Made by a program: the position numbers and the translations under genes. This document shows positions 8,830 through 19,201 of a DNA stretch of 64,000 nucleotides, piece after piece (positions within the stretch are counted from its first letter, which is position 1; every line of letters starts with the position of its first letter). The notes below the pieces were generated by a model. That model was not told where the DNA came from, searched no databases, and saw only the letters and a list, made by a program, of their open reading frames with translations. This DNA comes from Candidatus Woesearchaeota archaeon (GTDB taxonomy: Archaea; Nanobdellota; Nanobdellia; Woesearchaeales; GW2011-AR9), in NCBI GenBank assembly GCA_023265685.1, contig JAHFSP010000001.1:54975-118974 (forward strand), in the 5' to 3' direction.

Positions 8830-11724
8830 ATGACACTAGATTGGAAACGTCTGCATGGGACATGGCAGCAGGAGTGGAGAGAAGATCGAGTTTTTCAAGT
8901 TGATGTTGAGGATTATTCTAAGAAAAAATACTTTATAACCACCCCATACCCATACATGAGTGGATTGTTGCATCTTGGTCATTTATTTACGTACATGGCT
9001 CCCGAGGCAACTGCGCGATTTAAACGAATGCAGGGGCATAACGTGTTGTTTAAGTTTGCATTTCACTGTACCGGAACGCCCATTGTTGCTGCAGCGCAGA
9101 GAGTTAAAGAGGGCGAACCAACACAAATTGCAACATTACATAAGATGGGGATCGCTCAAAGTGAAATACCAAAATTTTCTAACCCGGAATATTGGTGCGA
9201 GTATTTCCCAAAAGAAAATCTTAAAGATTTGCATAACCTGGGTTTTGTTATCGATGATCAATACACATTCAAAACAACGTATCTTGATCCAACATATGAT
9301 AAGTTTGTGACCTGGCAGTTTAATAAGTTACATCAACTTGGATATGTTACAAAAGGAAAACATCCCGTAATGTGGTGTCCCAAAGATAATGTTCCCGTAG
9401 GAGATCATGATCGTGCTGAGGGAGAAGGCGAGACACCGAAAGATTTTATTTGGATTAAATACCGCCTAAAACATTCCGATTTGATTTTAATGACGGGAAC
9501 AACACGCCCTGATGCCCTATTAGGCCAAACTAATTTATGGATTGATCCTCATGGAAAGTATAAAGTTGTTGAGATTCATAGTGTAAATGACCAAACTGAA
9601 AAATGGGTTGTAGGAGAAGCGGTTATTCAAAAGATTTGCGATCAATGTGATCCCAAAGTCAAAATTCTACGGGATATTGATGTTCACGAACTAATTGGAA
9701 AATGGGTACAGGGACCAGTTGTTGGTGGTGCAAGAGAGGAATTATATACCTTGCCTGCAGGATTTATTGATTCCAAAGTAGGGTCTGGGCTAGTTTATTC
9801 TGCTTTGGAAGATCCCGTAGATTTATTCGAGTTACGTAAAATTCAAAGTGATAAAAAATTATTAGATTCGTTCCATCTTGACCATGCAACTGTTACAAAA
9901 TTAAAACCGATTCCGATTATTAGTGTTGAAGAGATGGGCGAGGATTTAGGAGATTCTATCGGAAAAGAGTTCAATATTACTTCTGCAGATCAAAAAGAAA
10001 AATTAGAAGAAGCAAAAGGCGAACTTAATCGTCGAGTCTATCGTAAAGGAATAATGCGCGAGAGTTGCGGTAAATATGGTGGCATGAACATTCCTACATG
10101 TCAAGAGGCAATCAAAAAAGACCTATTACAAGAAGGGGATGCAGTCATGTTTTGGGAACCTACAGGAAAAGTTGTGTGTCGTTGTTTAACACCATGTATC
10201 GTAAAGGTTGTGAGTAATCAATGGTTCTTAGAATATGATAATCCTGAATGGAAAAAAATTACACATGAATGTTTGGATATGTTAACCCTTTATCCAGAAA
10301 AAATACGTAAGCAATTTGATTATGTTTTAGATTGGTTACAGCATTGGGCGTGTACACGTGAGTTTGGTCTAGGAACGAAATTACCCTGGGATCATGAATG
10401 GGTGATTGAATCATTGAGTGATTCGACGTTACAAATGGCCTATTGTACAATTGCCAAGTACCTTGAGCATCCTAAAGAATATGGATTGCATGTAGAACAT
10501 CTTAATGATGCGTTTTTTGATTATGTCTTTTTAGGGCAAGGATCAGTTGCTGAGGTAGAAAAATCAACGAAAATTACACGAGTGATGGTTGAGAAGATGC
10601 GACATGATTTTGAGTATTGGTATCCCGTTGATTTTCGAAATTCAGCGAAAGATTTGTTGCAAAATCACCTTGCGTTTTGTCTGTTTAATCATACTGCATT
10701 GTTTCCTAAAAAGCATTGGCCGAAAGCGTATGTGTTAAATGGGCGAATCATGGTTAATAATGAGAAGATGTCGAAATCGAAAGGTAACTTTTTTACAATT
10801 CGAGAATTGTATGAGAAATATACTGCAGACATCATTCGTTTGACGGCAGCGAATGCTGGTGAGGGAGTTGAGGATGCAAATTATGATCTGACATTTTTAG
10901 AAACGGCTCGAAACAAACTCGAAGATGTGTATGAATTTGCATGTGGGCATTATAACAAAGGACGTAGTGGAGCTGAGATGCTGAGTATTGATGTCTGGTT
11001 TGAGAATATGATTAATACCTGTGTTGAGGCCGCGACACAAAGTATGGAGAATATGTTGTTTAAATCAGCAGTACAAGCTGGATTTATGAATATGCAACGA
11101 CATTTGAAGTGGTATACGCGTCGTACTCATGGGAATTATAACAAGAAAGTCATTAATCATTTTATTGAAACACAACTAAAATTACTGGTTCCGTTTACAC
11201 CTCATTTCTGTGAAGAAACTTGGCATACTATTGGGAAAAAAACATATATCTCCAACGAGAGTTGGCCCGTTGCAGGACATATTGATTCTAGGGCAATGCT
11301 GACTGAAGAACTTTTGGAACAGACGATGAGCGATATTAGTGAAGTGTTGAAGTTGGCGAAAACGGAAAAGGTTGAGACGGTAACATTATTTGTTGCAGAT
11401 ACCTGGAAATATGATGCGTTTAAGAAAATTGGAGAAGAGTTAGAGAGAACCCGCGAGTTCAAAGAGATTATGGGCTCGATGATGAAAGAAGAAGAGTTCA
11501 AGAAATATTCTGGGGAACTGACGAAGTTGATTCCAAAATTCGTTAAAGTAGGATCCGTAGGAACTGCAACTTCCCAACCATTCGAATTGAAAGTGTTATA
11601 TGATGCTGTCACGTTCTTAGAAAGAGAATTTTCCTGTTCTATTGTAGTGGTACGTGGAGAAGACAATACTCATGCGAAAGCTCGAGGAGCAATGCCGGGA
11701 AAAGTAGGAATTTTGGTAGAGTAG
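8830..11724 (+). CDS. leuS: Leucyl-tRNA synthetase, archaeal/eukaryal type
   Basis: 964 aa with a class I HIGH-type motif (MSGLLHLGHLFTY) and a KMSKS motif (NNEKMSKSKGN). Length and architecture match LeuRS. Confidence 0.9.
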   Translation: MTLDWKRLHGTWQQEWREDRVFQVDVEDYSKKKYFITTPYPYMSGLLHLGHLFTYMAPEATARFKRMQGHNVLFKFAFHCTGTPIVAAAQRVKEGEPTQIATLHKMGIAQSEIPKFSNPEYWCEYFPKENLKDLHNLGFVIDDQYTFKTTYLDPTYDKFVTWQFNKLHQLGYVTKGKHPVMWCPKDNVPVGDHDRAEGEGETPKDFIWIKYRLKHSDLILMTGTTRPDALLGQTNLWIDPHGKYKVVEIHSVNDQTEKWVVGEAVIQKICDQCDPKVKILRDIDVHELIGKWVQGPVVGGAREELYTLPAGFIDSKVGSGLVYSALEDPVDLFELRKIQSDKKLLDSFHLDHATVTKLKPIPIISVEEMGEDLGDSIGKEFNITSADQKEKLEEAKGELNRRVYRKGIMRESCGKYGGMNIPTCQEAIKKDLLQEGDAVMFWEPTGKVVCRCLTPCIVKVVSNQWFLEYDNPEWKKITHECLDMLTLYPEKIRKQFDYVLDWLQHWACTREFGLGTKLPWDHEWVIESLSDSTLQMAYCTIAKYLEHPKEYGLHVEHLNDAFFDYVFLGQGSVAEVEKSTKITRVMVEKMRHDFEYWYPVDFRNSAKDLLQNHLAFCLFNHTALFPKKHWPKAYVLNGRIMVNNEKMSKSKGNFFTIRELYEKYTADIIRLTAANAGEGVEDANYDLTFLETARNKLEDVYEFACGHYNKGRSGAEMLSIDVWFENMINTCVEAATQSMENMLFKSAVQAGFMNMQRHLKWYTRRTHGNYNKKVINHFIETQLKLLVPFTPHFCEETWHTIGKKTYISNESWPVAGHIDSRAMLTEELLEQTMSDISEVLKLAKTEKVETVTLFVADTWKYDAFKKIGEELERTREFKEIMGSMMKEEEFKKYSGELTKLIPKFVKVGSVGTATSQPFELKVLYDAVTFLEREFSCSIVVVRGEDNTHAKARGAMPGKVGILVE

Positions 11725-11791
11725 AATTCTTTTAGATGGTTGTGTGAGAAGAGAGTAGGAGGGAGACAGAGAGAGAAATTAACTGACGAGA

Positions 11792-12907
11792 CTAAATCTT
11801 TCGAGCCCACTCACACATTAATTTTGGGACGGCGAAGCGATCGGAAGATACACGAGATAAACCATAATAAACTATTGATTCCACATCACGACTGGTGTGA
11901 TAAATTAATGGCCAAATCGGCGATTGCTCGATTTGAGTCATGACTCGTTCTGGTAAATCAGAAGCGTTTTGGTTATAAGTTATTAAATCCTGGAAATGAT
12001 AATTGCAATTAAATGGATGATGCCCAATAATAGTTTCTGCTAGGATTATTGTTGACGCATAGATGTTTCCTGTTGGATCAAAACCACCACTAGCCTGTTG
12101 AAGAGACATATATACGGGAGTTCCAAAGATAATAGGTATATCGGAGATAGTACCTGCTTTAAGACGAGCATGAAGATCATTTATTCTAAAATATTCTGGG
12201 AGATGAGTACCAAGATCGATGCCTAATGAACAACCAGCGTCAACGACTGAAAGACTATTTTCTGTAATGATTATGTTTGATGGTTTAATGTCTCCGTGCT
12301 CAATATTATTTTTTACAAGATATTTTGATACGACGCCTAATCCGTAGGCTACTCTTTGAATGAGATTATGACGCAGATCATTGCGCAATTGATATTGGGG
12401 TGATTTTAATCTTGTTAGGATATATTCTAGCGTTTTACCTTTTATTTCTTGCATTTCTAGATAGGCTACAAGATTTCCTGTTTCGCTTAACGCAAGACCA
12501 TGATCATATAAATGAGGAAAATAGCGTGAACCAGTTATTCCCTCACTCTGGTCTTGAGAGATTTTTGCTAAAACTGCAATTTCGTTCGCAGCACCATGTA
12601 CTCTGATCCGAGTGGGAGAATCTAATTGGTACATCTCGTCCCCTACAAATACAATGCCCTCTCTGCTATCAATGTCAGATTCTGTATAGACCACGTTCAG
12701 AAATGGATTAGTGTTATCTGGTGTGAGTTTTCCAAGAGACCATATTTTGATTATTCGGTCTGGTCGAGCAGGGTCAATAACACGAGCAATACTTCCCTGC
12801 GTTCCACCTAAATTAGTGGGTTTAATTTGTAGTAAAATCTCTAAAGTGGGAGGACCAATAATCGTTGGTTCAAAAGGATCGAAAGGAGATTGAGTTTGAG
12901 TGGTCAT
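11792..12907 (-). CDS. Eukaryotic-like Ser/Thr protein kinase-like protein (DFG replaced by DAG; possibly a pseudokinase)
   Basis: Catalytic-loop motif HGDIKPSNII, VAIK-like RIIKIW, and APE-like GTPVYMS. DAG sits where DFG is expected. Confidence 0.6.
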   Translation of the reverse strand: MTTQTQSPFDPFEPTIIGPPTLEILLQIKPTNLGGTQGSIARVIDPARPDRIIKIWSLGKLTPDNTNPFLNVVYTESDIDSREGIVFVGDEMYQLDSPTRIRVHGAANEIAVLAKISQDQSEGITGSRYFPHLYDHGLALSETGNLVAYLEMQEIKGKTLEYILTRLKSPQYQLRNDLRHNLIQRVAYGLGVVSKYLVKNNIEHGDIKPSNIIITENSLSVVDAGCSLGIDLGTHLPEYFRINDLHARLKAGTISDIPIIFGTPVYMSLQQASGGFDPTGNIYASTIILAETIIGHHPFNCNYHFQDLITYNQNASDLPERVMTQIEQSPIWPLIYHTSRDVESIVYYGLSRVSSDRFAVPKLMCEWARKI

Positions 12908-12989
12908 GTTTAAATATTAATATTTTTAGATTGATTTTAATCGATAATTATTTTGATCTACATTTGAACCACTTTATTTTTTAGAGAAA

Positions 12990-14228
12990 TTATTTTTGCA
13001 AATCCATTCTCAAGTACATACCTACATCCACTACTAATCTGGAAGGAACAGGAGAACTGATAGGTGAATAGTTTCTAGGTGTGGGCGATGCTTCCATTGA
13101 AGTGAGTCCTCGACGAGCAGAAGTAAGCTGAGAACAGTACATATCTGGCACTTGTTGTAATCTTTCCGATAGGCCCATAATAACATTGTACAAATTATCT
13201 GGTAAACAACGTCGAGAAGGTTCTTTTACTAATGCACTCTGAAGAGGTTCTATGGCCGGACTGATGATCTGTTTTGCAACCGCTTGGTCTAATCCATACA
13301 CTTGAGCGCTTACTACAGGGAGTTCACGCACGAGCCGGTTCATCATAGGGTTGTTATAAAAAGCTAGTGCTTCGGATACTCTTTCACTTTCATTATAGGC
13401 TGTTTGGTTGGGTAATCGTCCGGCATCTCTGGCGAATGCTCTATTAAAATCAGTTTTTGTTAAAAGTCCATACACAATGGTCGCCATGCTATATACATCA
13501 CTTGCAGGACCAACGAGACGCGGATTATGAATCTGTTCTGGAGAAGCGTTCCCTATCGATCCTGTTGCTACATCGAGTAATGCACGTCGTTTGAAAAACT
13601 CCTCAACTGTGGGATCATACGTTCTAATTATTCCAAGAAGAGATGAACTTTGACCAGATGAACCTTGACCAATCAGAGCTAGTCCGAAATCACCAACAAC
13701 GGCACCGTTTTCATCAATGAAAATGTTTGGTTTCTTAAGATCACGATGTGTTACACCTGCGGTTGCAAGATACGGCAATACGCAAGCAGCTTGGGCAAGA
13801 TAGGTCATTGCTTGTTGCAGAGAAATTTCTCCCATCTTAAATTGGTTGTGGAGATTTTCTCCATGATATGGAAACTGGACTGCGAGAGCGGGACTTTCTC
13901 CTATGGCTATTTCTTCTATACCTTTTACTTTCACAATGCGAGGATGACCTAATGCTTGTCCTAAAACAGCCTCTGCTTTGAGTATAATATGATTAGAAGC
14001 CACTCTACCTACGGGAGGATTTTGAATTTTCACAACAAAACCATCTGATCCTTGGCGATACACTTGCCCTTCTCCTCCATACGCCAAGATATCTTGGGGG
14101 GTGTACTCTCTACCAAACGCAGTAAATGATACTCCCTGGGGCACTTGGGCATAGGGGTTGGATTGGCTAGGCAAACTCATTTTATTATAAAGTATATACT
14201 TAATACTTAAAATGCGGGGCGAGACCAT
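12990..14228 (-). CDS. Hanks-type Ser/Thr protein kinase
   Basis: Motifs YGGEGQVY (Gly loop), VVK, HRDLKKPN, DFG and DVYSMATIVYGLL. Confidence 0.8.
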   Translation of the reverse strand: MVSPRILSIKYILYNKMSLPSQSNPYAQVPQGVSFTAFGREYTPQDILAYGGEGQVYRQGSDGFVVKIQNPPVGRVASNHIILKAEAVLGQALGHPRIVKVKGIEEIAIGESPALAVQFPYHGENLHNQFKMGEISLQQAMTYLAQAACVLPYLATAGVTHRDLKKPNIFIDENGAVVGDFGLALIGQGSSGQSSSLLGIIRTYDPTVEEFFKRRALLDVATGSIGNASPEQIHNPRLVGPASDVYSMATIVYGLLTKTDFNRAFARDAGRLPNQTAYNESERVSEALAFYNNPMMNRLVRELPVVSAQVYGLDQAVAKQIISPAIEPLQSALVKEPSRRCLPDNLYNVIMGLSERLQQVPDMYCSQLTSARRGLTSMEASPTPRNYSPISSPVPSRLVVDVGMYLRMDLQK

Positions 14229-14307
14229 TTCTTATAAAGCTTTTGTAAAAAACAAGATATTTTGTCTTTAGATAGTAGTTAAAATTTGAGAATTAGCAGG
14301 GGTTTTC

Positions 14308-14904
14308 TTGTTAGTTCTAACCTCCATCTTTATTAATTACTATACATTTAATTCAAGTATGTTTACAAAAAAGACGTTTCTCACAGTGGCAATTGCATTA
14401 CTTTTTGCACTCTTTATTGGGTATGGTATTGAAGTGTTTCACAAAGCTCCTGATTTTGATGCATGCTATCGAACACAGCCAGAATACCCCATTAACGAAA
14501 CTGATTGTAAAGCGATGAATGGGACGTGGATGATGCCTACCGTACCTGCTGATCAAGAAATGGCTAAAGAAAAGGTTCCAACACCAATAGGATACTGTAA
14601 TTATGTTGATCCCTGTTCAACTAAACTACAAGGACAACAAGAAAAACATGATCGGATCGTCTTCATCGTTTCGTTGATCTTTGGAGTACTTGCTTTAGTG
14701 ACGATGCTACTACTTAAAATGGAGATTATTAGTACGGGGATAAGTGCGGGAGGAATCTTGTTGTTGTTATACGGCACCGTTCGTTACTGGCAATATGCAC
14801 ATGATGTGTTACGTTTTACACTCATTGGTATTGCGTTGGCAATTCTGATCTATGTTGCGTACACTAAATTGGATACTGCTCGAGATGAGCGAAAGCGACG
14901 ATGA
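14308..14904 (+). CDS. Hypothetical membrane protein
   Basis: Three or so TM segments. Probable start at the internal Met around 14359. Stop overlaps the next gene start (ATGA). Confidence 0.5.
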   Translation: MLVLTSIFINYYTFNSSMFTKKTFLTVAIALLFALFIGYGIEVFHKAPDFDACYRTQPEYPINETDCKAMNGTWMMPTVPADQEMAKEKVPTPIGYCNYVDPCSTKLQGQQEKHDRIVFIVSLIFGVLALVTMLLLKMEIISTGISAGGILLLLYGTVRYWQYAHDVLRFTLIGIALAILIYVAYTKLDTARDERKRR

Positions 14905-15359
14905 AAGTCACAACGATCAGTCCTAAAGATGCACTGCAATTGTTGGAAAGGTATACCCTGGAATTGGGCAAAAAAGAAATTGTTCAACGTCGAGAGGAAG
15001 AAAAAAGAGTCGTGGTGCTCATTAACAGAGTCACGGCGTTTTTTCTTATTGATGAAGTTGCTTTTCCAACACTGCGGTTTTTAATGACTCATCCGACATT
15101 ACTTAAGAAGATAACGGTAGATATGGGTGCAGTGAAATTTATTATTAATGGTGCTGATGTGATGCGACCTGGAATACATCACATTGAAGAGGGAATTGTG
15201 GCAGGAAGTCCGATTGCGATTGTTGATCAAACTCATGGTAAATTTCTTGCTGTAGGAATTACGTTGTTAGGAAGTGAAGAAATGCGTAATGCCTCATCGG
15301 GAAAAGTCATTAAAAATCTCCATTATGTTGGTGATGAATTGTGGAAGGAAGAAGCTTGA
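14901..15359 (+). CDS. PUA-domain-like protein
   Basis: 152 aa. C-terminal region resembles a PUA fold (GKFLAVGITLLGSEEM...VIKNLHYVGDELW). Confidence 0.4.
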   Translation: MKVTTISPKDALQLLERYTLELGKKEIVQRREEEKRVVVLINRVTAFFLIDEVAFPTLRFLMTHPTLLKKITVDMGAVKFIINGADVMRPGIHHIEEGIVAGSPIAIVDQTHGKFLAVGITLLGSEEMRNASSGKVIKNLHYVGDELWKEEA

Positions 15360-15389
15360 TTTTGGTAGGGAAAAAGTAGAAGGTGAGTT

Positions 15390-15722
15390 ATGATCTATAA
15401 TCTGACACGACAAAGTGTGATTTGTGAGAAAGAGAAGTATGCTATGTCGTTGTGGAATTGTATGCGGGGGTTGATGTTTCGTCGTTGTCAGAATTTAGTG
15501 ATGGTGTTTTCTGGTGATAAGAAAGTGTCATTACATATGTGGTTTGTGTTCTTTCCCATTGATGTGTTGATTGTTGATAGAGATCATCGAATTGTTGAAA
15601 TTGCGAGAGACTTTAGGCCGTGGAGAATGTGGCAGAGTTCTGTTCAAGGGAAATATGTTATTGAGTTGGGAATAAAGAAAGGAAAGTATGAAGTGGGAGA
15701 TGTGGTAGAGTTTCGAGAGTAG
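15390..15722 (+). CDS. DUF192-family protein (COG1430-like)
   Basis: 110 aa with a motif pattern typical of DUF192 (FPIDVLIVDRDHRIV...VIELG). Confidence 0.45.
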   Translation: MIYNLTRQSVICEKEKYAMSLWNCMRGLMFRRCQNLVMVFSGDKKVSLHMWFVFFPIDVLIVDRDHRIVEIARDFRPWRMWQSSVQGKYVIELGIKKGKYEVGDVVEFRE

Positions 15723-15769
15723 GTTTTTGGAGAAGAATCTTTTTAAAGAAAAGATTGAATTAAAAGACA

Positions 15770-16066
15770 ATGACCCCATATAATGTTGAAATTACTGGAG
15801 CAGGAATAGTAGATAAGTATACCCATTATGAAGCGTACCCGTTTATTGGTCCAGAAAGAGTTACCGTCATTATAAGAGGAGATATAGCAACACAATTTCG
15901 AAAAAAATATGGCTTTGAGATTATAAAAGCTGATAGGCTTGATGTTAGTGTTGATCTGGGAAGAAATGACCAACGGATTAGAGAGTGCCAAGATTCATTC
16001 CGTCCCGCATCACATCTTATGGGTGCCGTTGATTCTTTAGAAGATATAGTATACATAAGACGGTAA
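15770..16066 (+). CDS. Hypothetical protein
   Basis: 98-aa ORF with protein-like composition. No motif recognised. Confidence 0.35.
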   Translation: MTPYNVEITGAGIVDKYTHYEAYPFIGPERVTVIIRGDIATQFRKKYGFEIIKADRLDVSVDLGRNDQRIRECQDSFRPASHLMGAVDSLEDIVYIRR

Positions 16067-16204
16067 GATGCTCGCCCGCTTTCTGTTATTTCTAATTGAA
16101 AGTTTAGCTATTGTGAATAACAAAAGTGAATAACGAAAATTGGGCTGAATAATGAGTATAGGCTTGTTGACTCTGTCGTAAGGATTATATACTCTAAGAA
16201 GATA

Positions 16205-16414
16205 ATGAGATACATGGTTGTAGGAAAGAAAAAAACAGCGGTAAGTGTGCATTGCGAGTCTAAGCATCCTGTTAGCCCGTGGGTTATTTTTGTGGGATTA
16301 GTGGTTATTAGCATAGGTATTAGTCTTATTTGGGAACAGCAAATCATTACAACGTTAGTTGGTGCGGGCGTAGGGTTAATTATTGTATTTTTGTTGACGC
16401 ATAAGAAGAAGTGA
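16205..16414 (+). CDS. Small membrane protein
   Basis: 69 aa with two hydrophobic helices. Confidence 0.35.
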   Translation: MRYMVVGKKKTAVSVHCESKHPVSPWVIFVGLVVISIGISLIWEQQIITTLVGAGVGLIIVFLLTHKKK

Positions 16415-16566
16415 TTCTAGGGATTAAATTCAAAGATGAGGTTATAGAATAGCAGATAAACCAATAGTAGAAGCATGAGTAAGAAACAGAAACTAAAAGG
16501 AGTAACAAAGAATAATGTGAAAGATAATGTAAAAAAATAGAAACAAGTAAAAAATCAAAAACAAGT

Positions 16567-18762
16567 CTATGATCCTAATTCTCCGCTCTTGAGACCTTTA
16601 CGTTGGATGATTTGGTTACGAATCTTATCTTGTAATTCCAGAGGTAGTTTCTCGTACATCTGATCGACAAGAGACGATACACCGCGTCCAGCTGTAGCAC
16701 TACGTAGGTCGTTAGACCAACCAAGCATTTCTCCTACTGGCATTTTAGCAATGACAGCAGTTTGGTCACCTTCTTGGTTCATCTCAAGGAGTTGGCCACG
16801 TTTGGAAGAAACAAGTTTGGAAATCTCTCCTACGTATTCGTGAGGAACTTCGATACGGGTAATCTGTAATGGTTCAAACATCATCGGTCCTGCTTGCATC
16901 ATGGCGCCACGAATACCTTCACGAATGGCAGGATACATTTGGGCTGGACCACGATGGATTGCATCCTCGTGCAAAGAACAGTCAGTAAGGCTAACCATAA
17001 CATTCACACAAGGTTCTTTTGCCAAAGGACCGTTTTTCATAACGTCTTCAAACATATCTAAGACAAGTTCCATGATTTCGTTAATGTACACAATACCACG
17101 AGTTTGATCCATGAACACGTTGCCTTCAAAGATGGCTTTGACTTGACCTGCGGTTTTAGCATCCCAGCCACATTCTTCACGTAAGAACGCGATAGTCTGT
17201 TCATCTTTACGACGGAAACGACCACTTGGAAGACGGCCTTCACGAACGCCTTTTGCAATTACTGGGTCAAGAGGTTCAACTTTGAAGTAGAGTTTGTTGT
17301 GTTTGTTTGGTGATTTTCCTTCTACTTCTGCTGAAGGTTTGGTGATCGTTTCACGATATACAACAATGGGTGGTGAGGTTTTAACTTCAACGCCTTTTTC
17401 TGTGAGAATCCTGTTTTCAATAATTTCAAGATGGAGTTCTCCCATACCACTCATTAAGTTTTGACCTGTTTCTTCGTTAATTTCAATTTTAATGGAAGGG
17501 TCTTCACGACTTACTTTACGCAAGACTTCAATTAATTTTGGAAGGTCGCCAGGTTTTTTGGCTTCAATGGCTTTGGTGATAACGGGGTCGAAGATGTGTT
17601 TGAGTTCTTCAAATGGTTGTTCTGGTTCAAAGGTGACAGTTTCACCAGCAAAGCCCACAACACCTGAAATTGCTAAAACGTTTCCTGCAGGAATGGAGTC
17701 GATAATTTCAGGTTTAACTCCATTATAAATATAGACGTTTTGAATACGTTGTTTTTGTTTGGCGTTGTTAAGCCAGACTTCTTGACCACTTTTAATAACG
17801 CCACTAAAGAGACGACCAGCAGAGATATCTTTTCCTGAACGTGGATCAATGACGATACGCGTGATAACAAACGCAATTTTTCCTTCTGGATTACAAGTGA
17901 TAAGATCTTTTCCAAACTGTGATTCAGGATCGCCGTGCCACATTTTAGGAATACGATATCCTTGTGCTTCTAATGGCGTTGGATGGTGTTTGATAACCAT
18001 ATCAAGAATAACTTCGTGTAATGGTGCGTTTTTCCAAACCCAGTCTTTACGTTCTTCGCCTTCAAGTTGGTAGATATGAAGGATGTCGGAGAATTTGATG
18101 CTTTTTTTCTGCATGTAGGGAAATGAGAGAGCCCAGTTTTCACGAGCTGATCCAAAGGCAACACTACCATCTTGAACACTGACTTTCCATTTATGTTTGT
18201 ATTGGGGTTCAGCGATATTTTCAATCATGTTGTTGAATTGAACTACGAGAGCTTGGATACGAGCAGCAATTTGTTCTGGACTGAGTTTAAGTTCTTTGAC
18301 TAAGCGATCAACTTTGTTGATGAAGAGAACTGGTTTTACACGTTCGCGGAGAGCTTGGCGTACAACGGTTTCTGTTTGTGGCATAACTCCTTCAACACCA
18401 CAAATAAGAACGACTGTTCCATCAATTGCACGCATGGCGCGTGTAACGTTTCCACCAAAGTCAACGTGACCCGGAGTGTCGATTAAGTTAATGAGATATT
18501 CTTTGCCTTGGAAGTCGTGAACCATGGATACGTTCGCAGCATCAACGGTCATGAGACGTTCTTGCTCGTCTGCGTGACCCCAGGTGGCCATACCGGCTTC
18601 GAGATCTCCTGCGGCTTTGGCAGACATCATTCCTGCGGCAGCAAGTAAGTTATCAGTAAATGCGGTTTTACCGTGATGAATGTGTGCAGATGTACAGATA
18701 TTACGAATTTGTGAAGGTGATTGCGTGATACGCATGACCTTATCGACCATTTTTTCTCCCAT
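16567..18762 (-). CDS. fusA: Translation elongation factor 2 (aEF-2)
   Basis: 731 aa. G1 motif AHIHHGKT, DTPGH, NKVDR, and the diphthamide-region motif (HRGPAQMYPA...H...). The sequence is divergent in places. Confidence 0.9.
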   Translation of the reverse strand: MGEKMVDKVMRITQSPSQIRNICTSAHIHHGKTAFTDNLLAAAGMMSAKAAGDLEAGMATWGHADEQERLMTVDAANVSMVHDFQGKEYLINLIDTPGHVDFGGNVTRAMRAIDGTVVLICGVEGVMPQTETVVRQALRERVKPVLFINKVDRLVKELKLSPEQIAARIQALVVQFNNMIENIAEPQYKHKWKVSVQDGSVAFGSARENWALSFPYMQKKSIKFSDILHIYQLEGEERKDWVWKNAPLHEVILDMVIKHHPTPLEAQGYRIPKMWHGDPESQFGKDLITCNPEGKIAFVITRIVIDPRSGKDISAGRLFSGVIKSGQEVWLNNAKQKQRIQNVYIYNGVKPEIIDSIPAGNVLAISGVVGFAGETVTFEPEQPFEELKHIFDPVITKAIEAKKPGDLPKLIEVLRKVSREDPSIKIEINEETGQNLMSGMGELHLEIIENRILTEKGVEVKTSPPIVVYRETITKPSAEVEGKSPNKHNKLYFKVEPLDPVIAKGVREGRLPSGRFRRKDEQTIAFLREECGWDAKTAGQVKAIFEGNVFMDQTRGIVYINEIMELVLDMFEDVMKNGPLAKEPCVNVMVSLTDCSLHEDAIHRGPAQMYPAIREGIRGAMMQAGPMMFEPLQITRIEVPHEYVGEISKLVSSKRGQLLEMNQEGDQTAVIAKMPVGEMLGWSNDLRSATAGRGVSSLVDQMYEKLPLELQDKIRNQIIQRKGLKSGELGS

Positions 18763-18952
18763 TGTTAAGTACCTCGTTAGTGTGATTAGATTATAGGCAG
18801 TTTGGCGCGGGGTCTGTTTAAAAAGGTTTTGGCAGGGATTTGAGAAGAGGATTTAGGATGGGTCATACTTTTAGATACGGTTAGATAAGTTTTTAGATAA
18901 CTTGTTATACTTGTTAGAAAAGTTTAAATAGTTCATTCTGTTTACAGATAAT

Positions 18953-19201
18953 ATGGATGTCTGCATAAAAGGAATTGATGAACAGAAATGGAAGAGATTT
19001 AAATCACAATCTGCCCGAGAAGGAGTAAATATGGGGGAATTTTTTTCAAAATTAGTTGAAGAATACGAAAAAAATAAACCGAAATCTAACTGGAATGCTA
19101 TTCTTAGCAGACCTAAGACTCTTAAAGGAATAATTTCTCGAGAAGAACTAGATACGATCAGATCAGACTTTCGAGAGCACTTTAAAATGCGAGGAAAATA
19201 A
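18953..19201 (+). CDS. vapB: VapB-type antitoxin (ribbon-helix-helix-like)
   Basis: 82-aa ORF directly abutting the PIN gene (stop 19199-19201, next ATG 19202). IKGIDEQKWKRFKSQSAREGVNMGEFFSKLVEEY resembles RHH antitoxins. Confidence 0.55.
   Translation: MDVCIKGIDEQKWKRFKSQSAREGVNMGEFFSKLVEEYEKNKPKSNWNAILSRPKTLKGIISREELDTIRSDFREHFKMRGK

Noticed and set aside
8960-9310. 116-aa ORF embedded in leuS in another frame, and similar internal ORFs inside EF-2, top6B, dnaG, dus and others
   Set aside because: They are fully nested in strong, motif-supported genes in alternative frames, which is typical six-frame noise.
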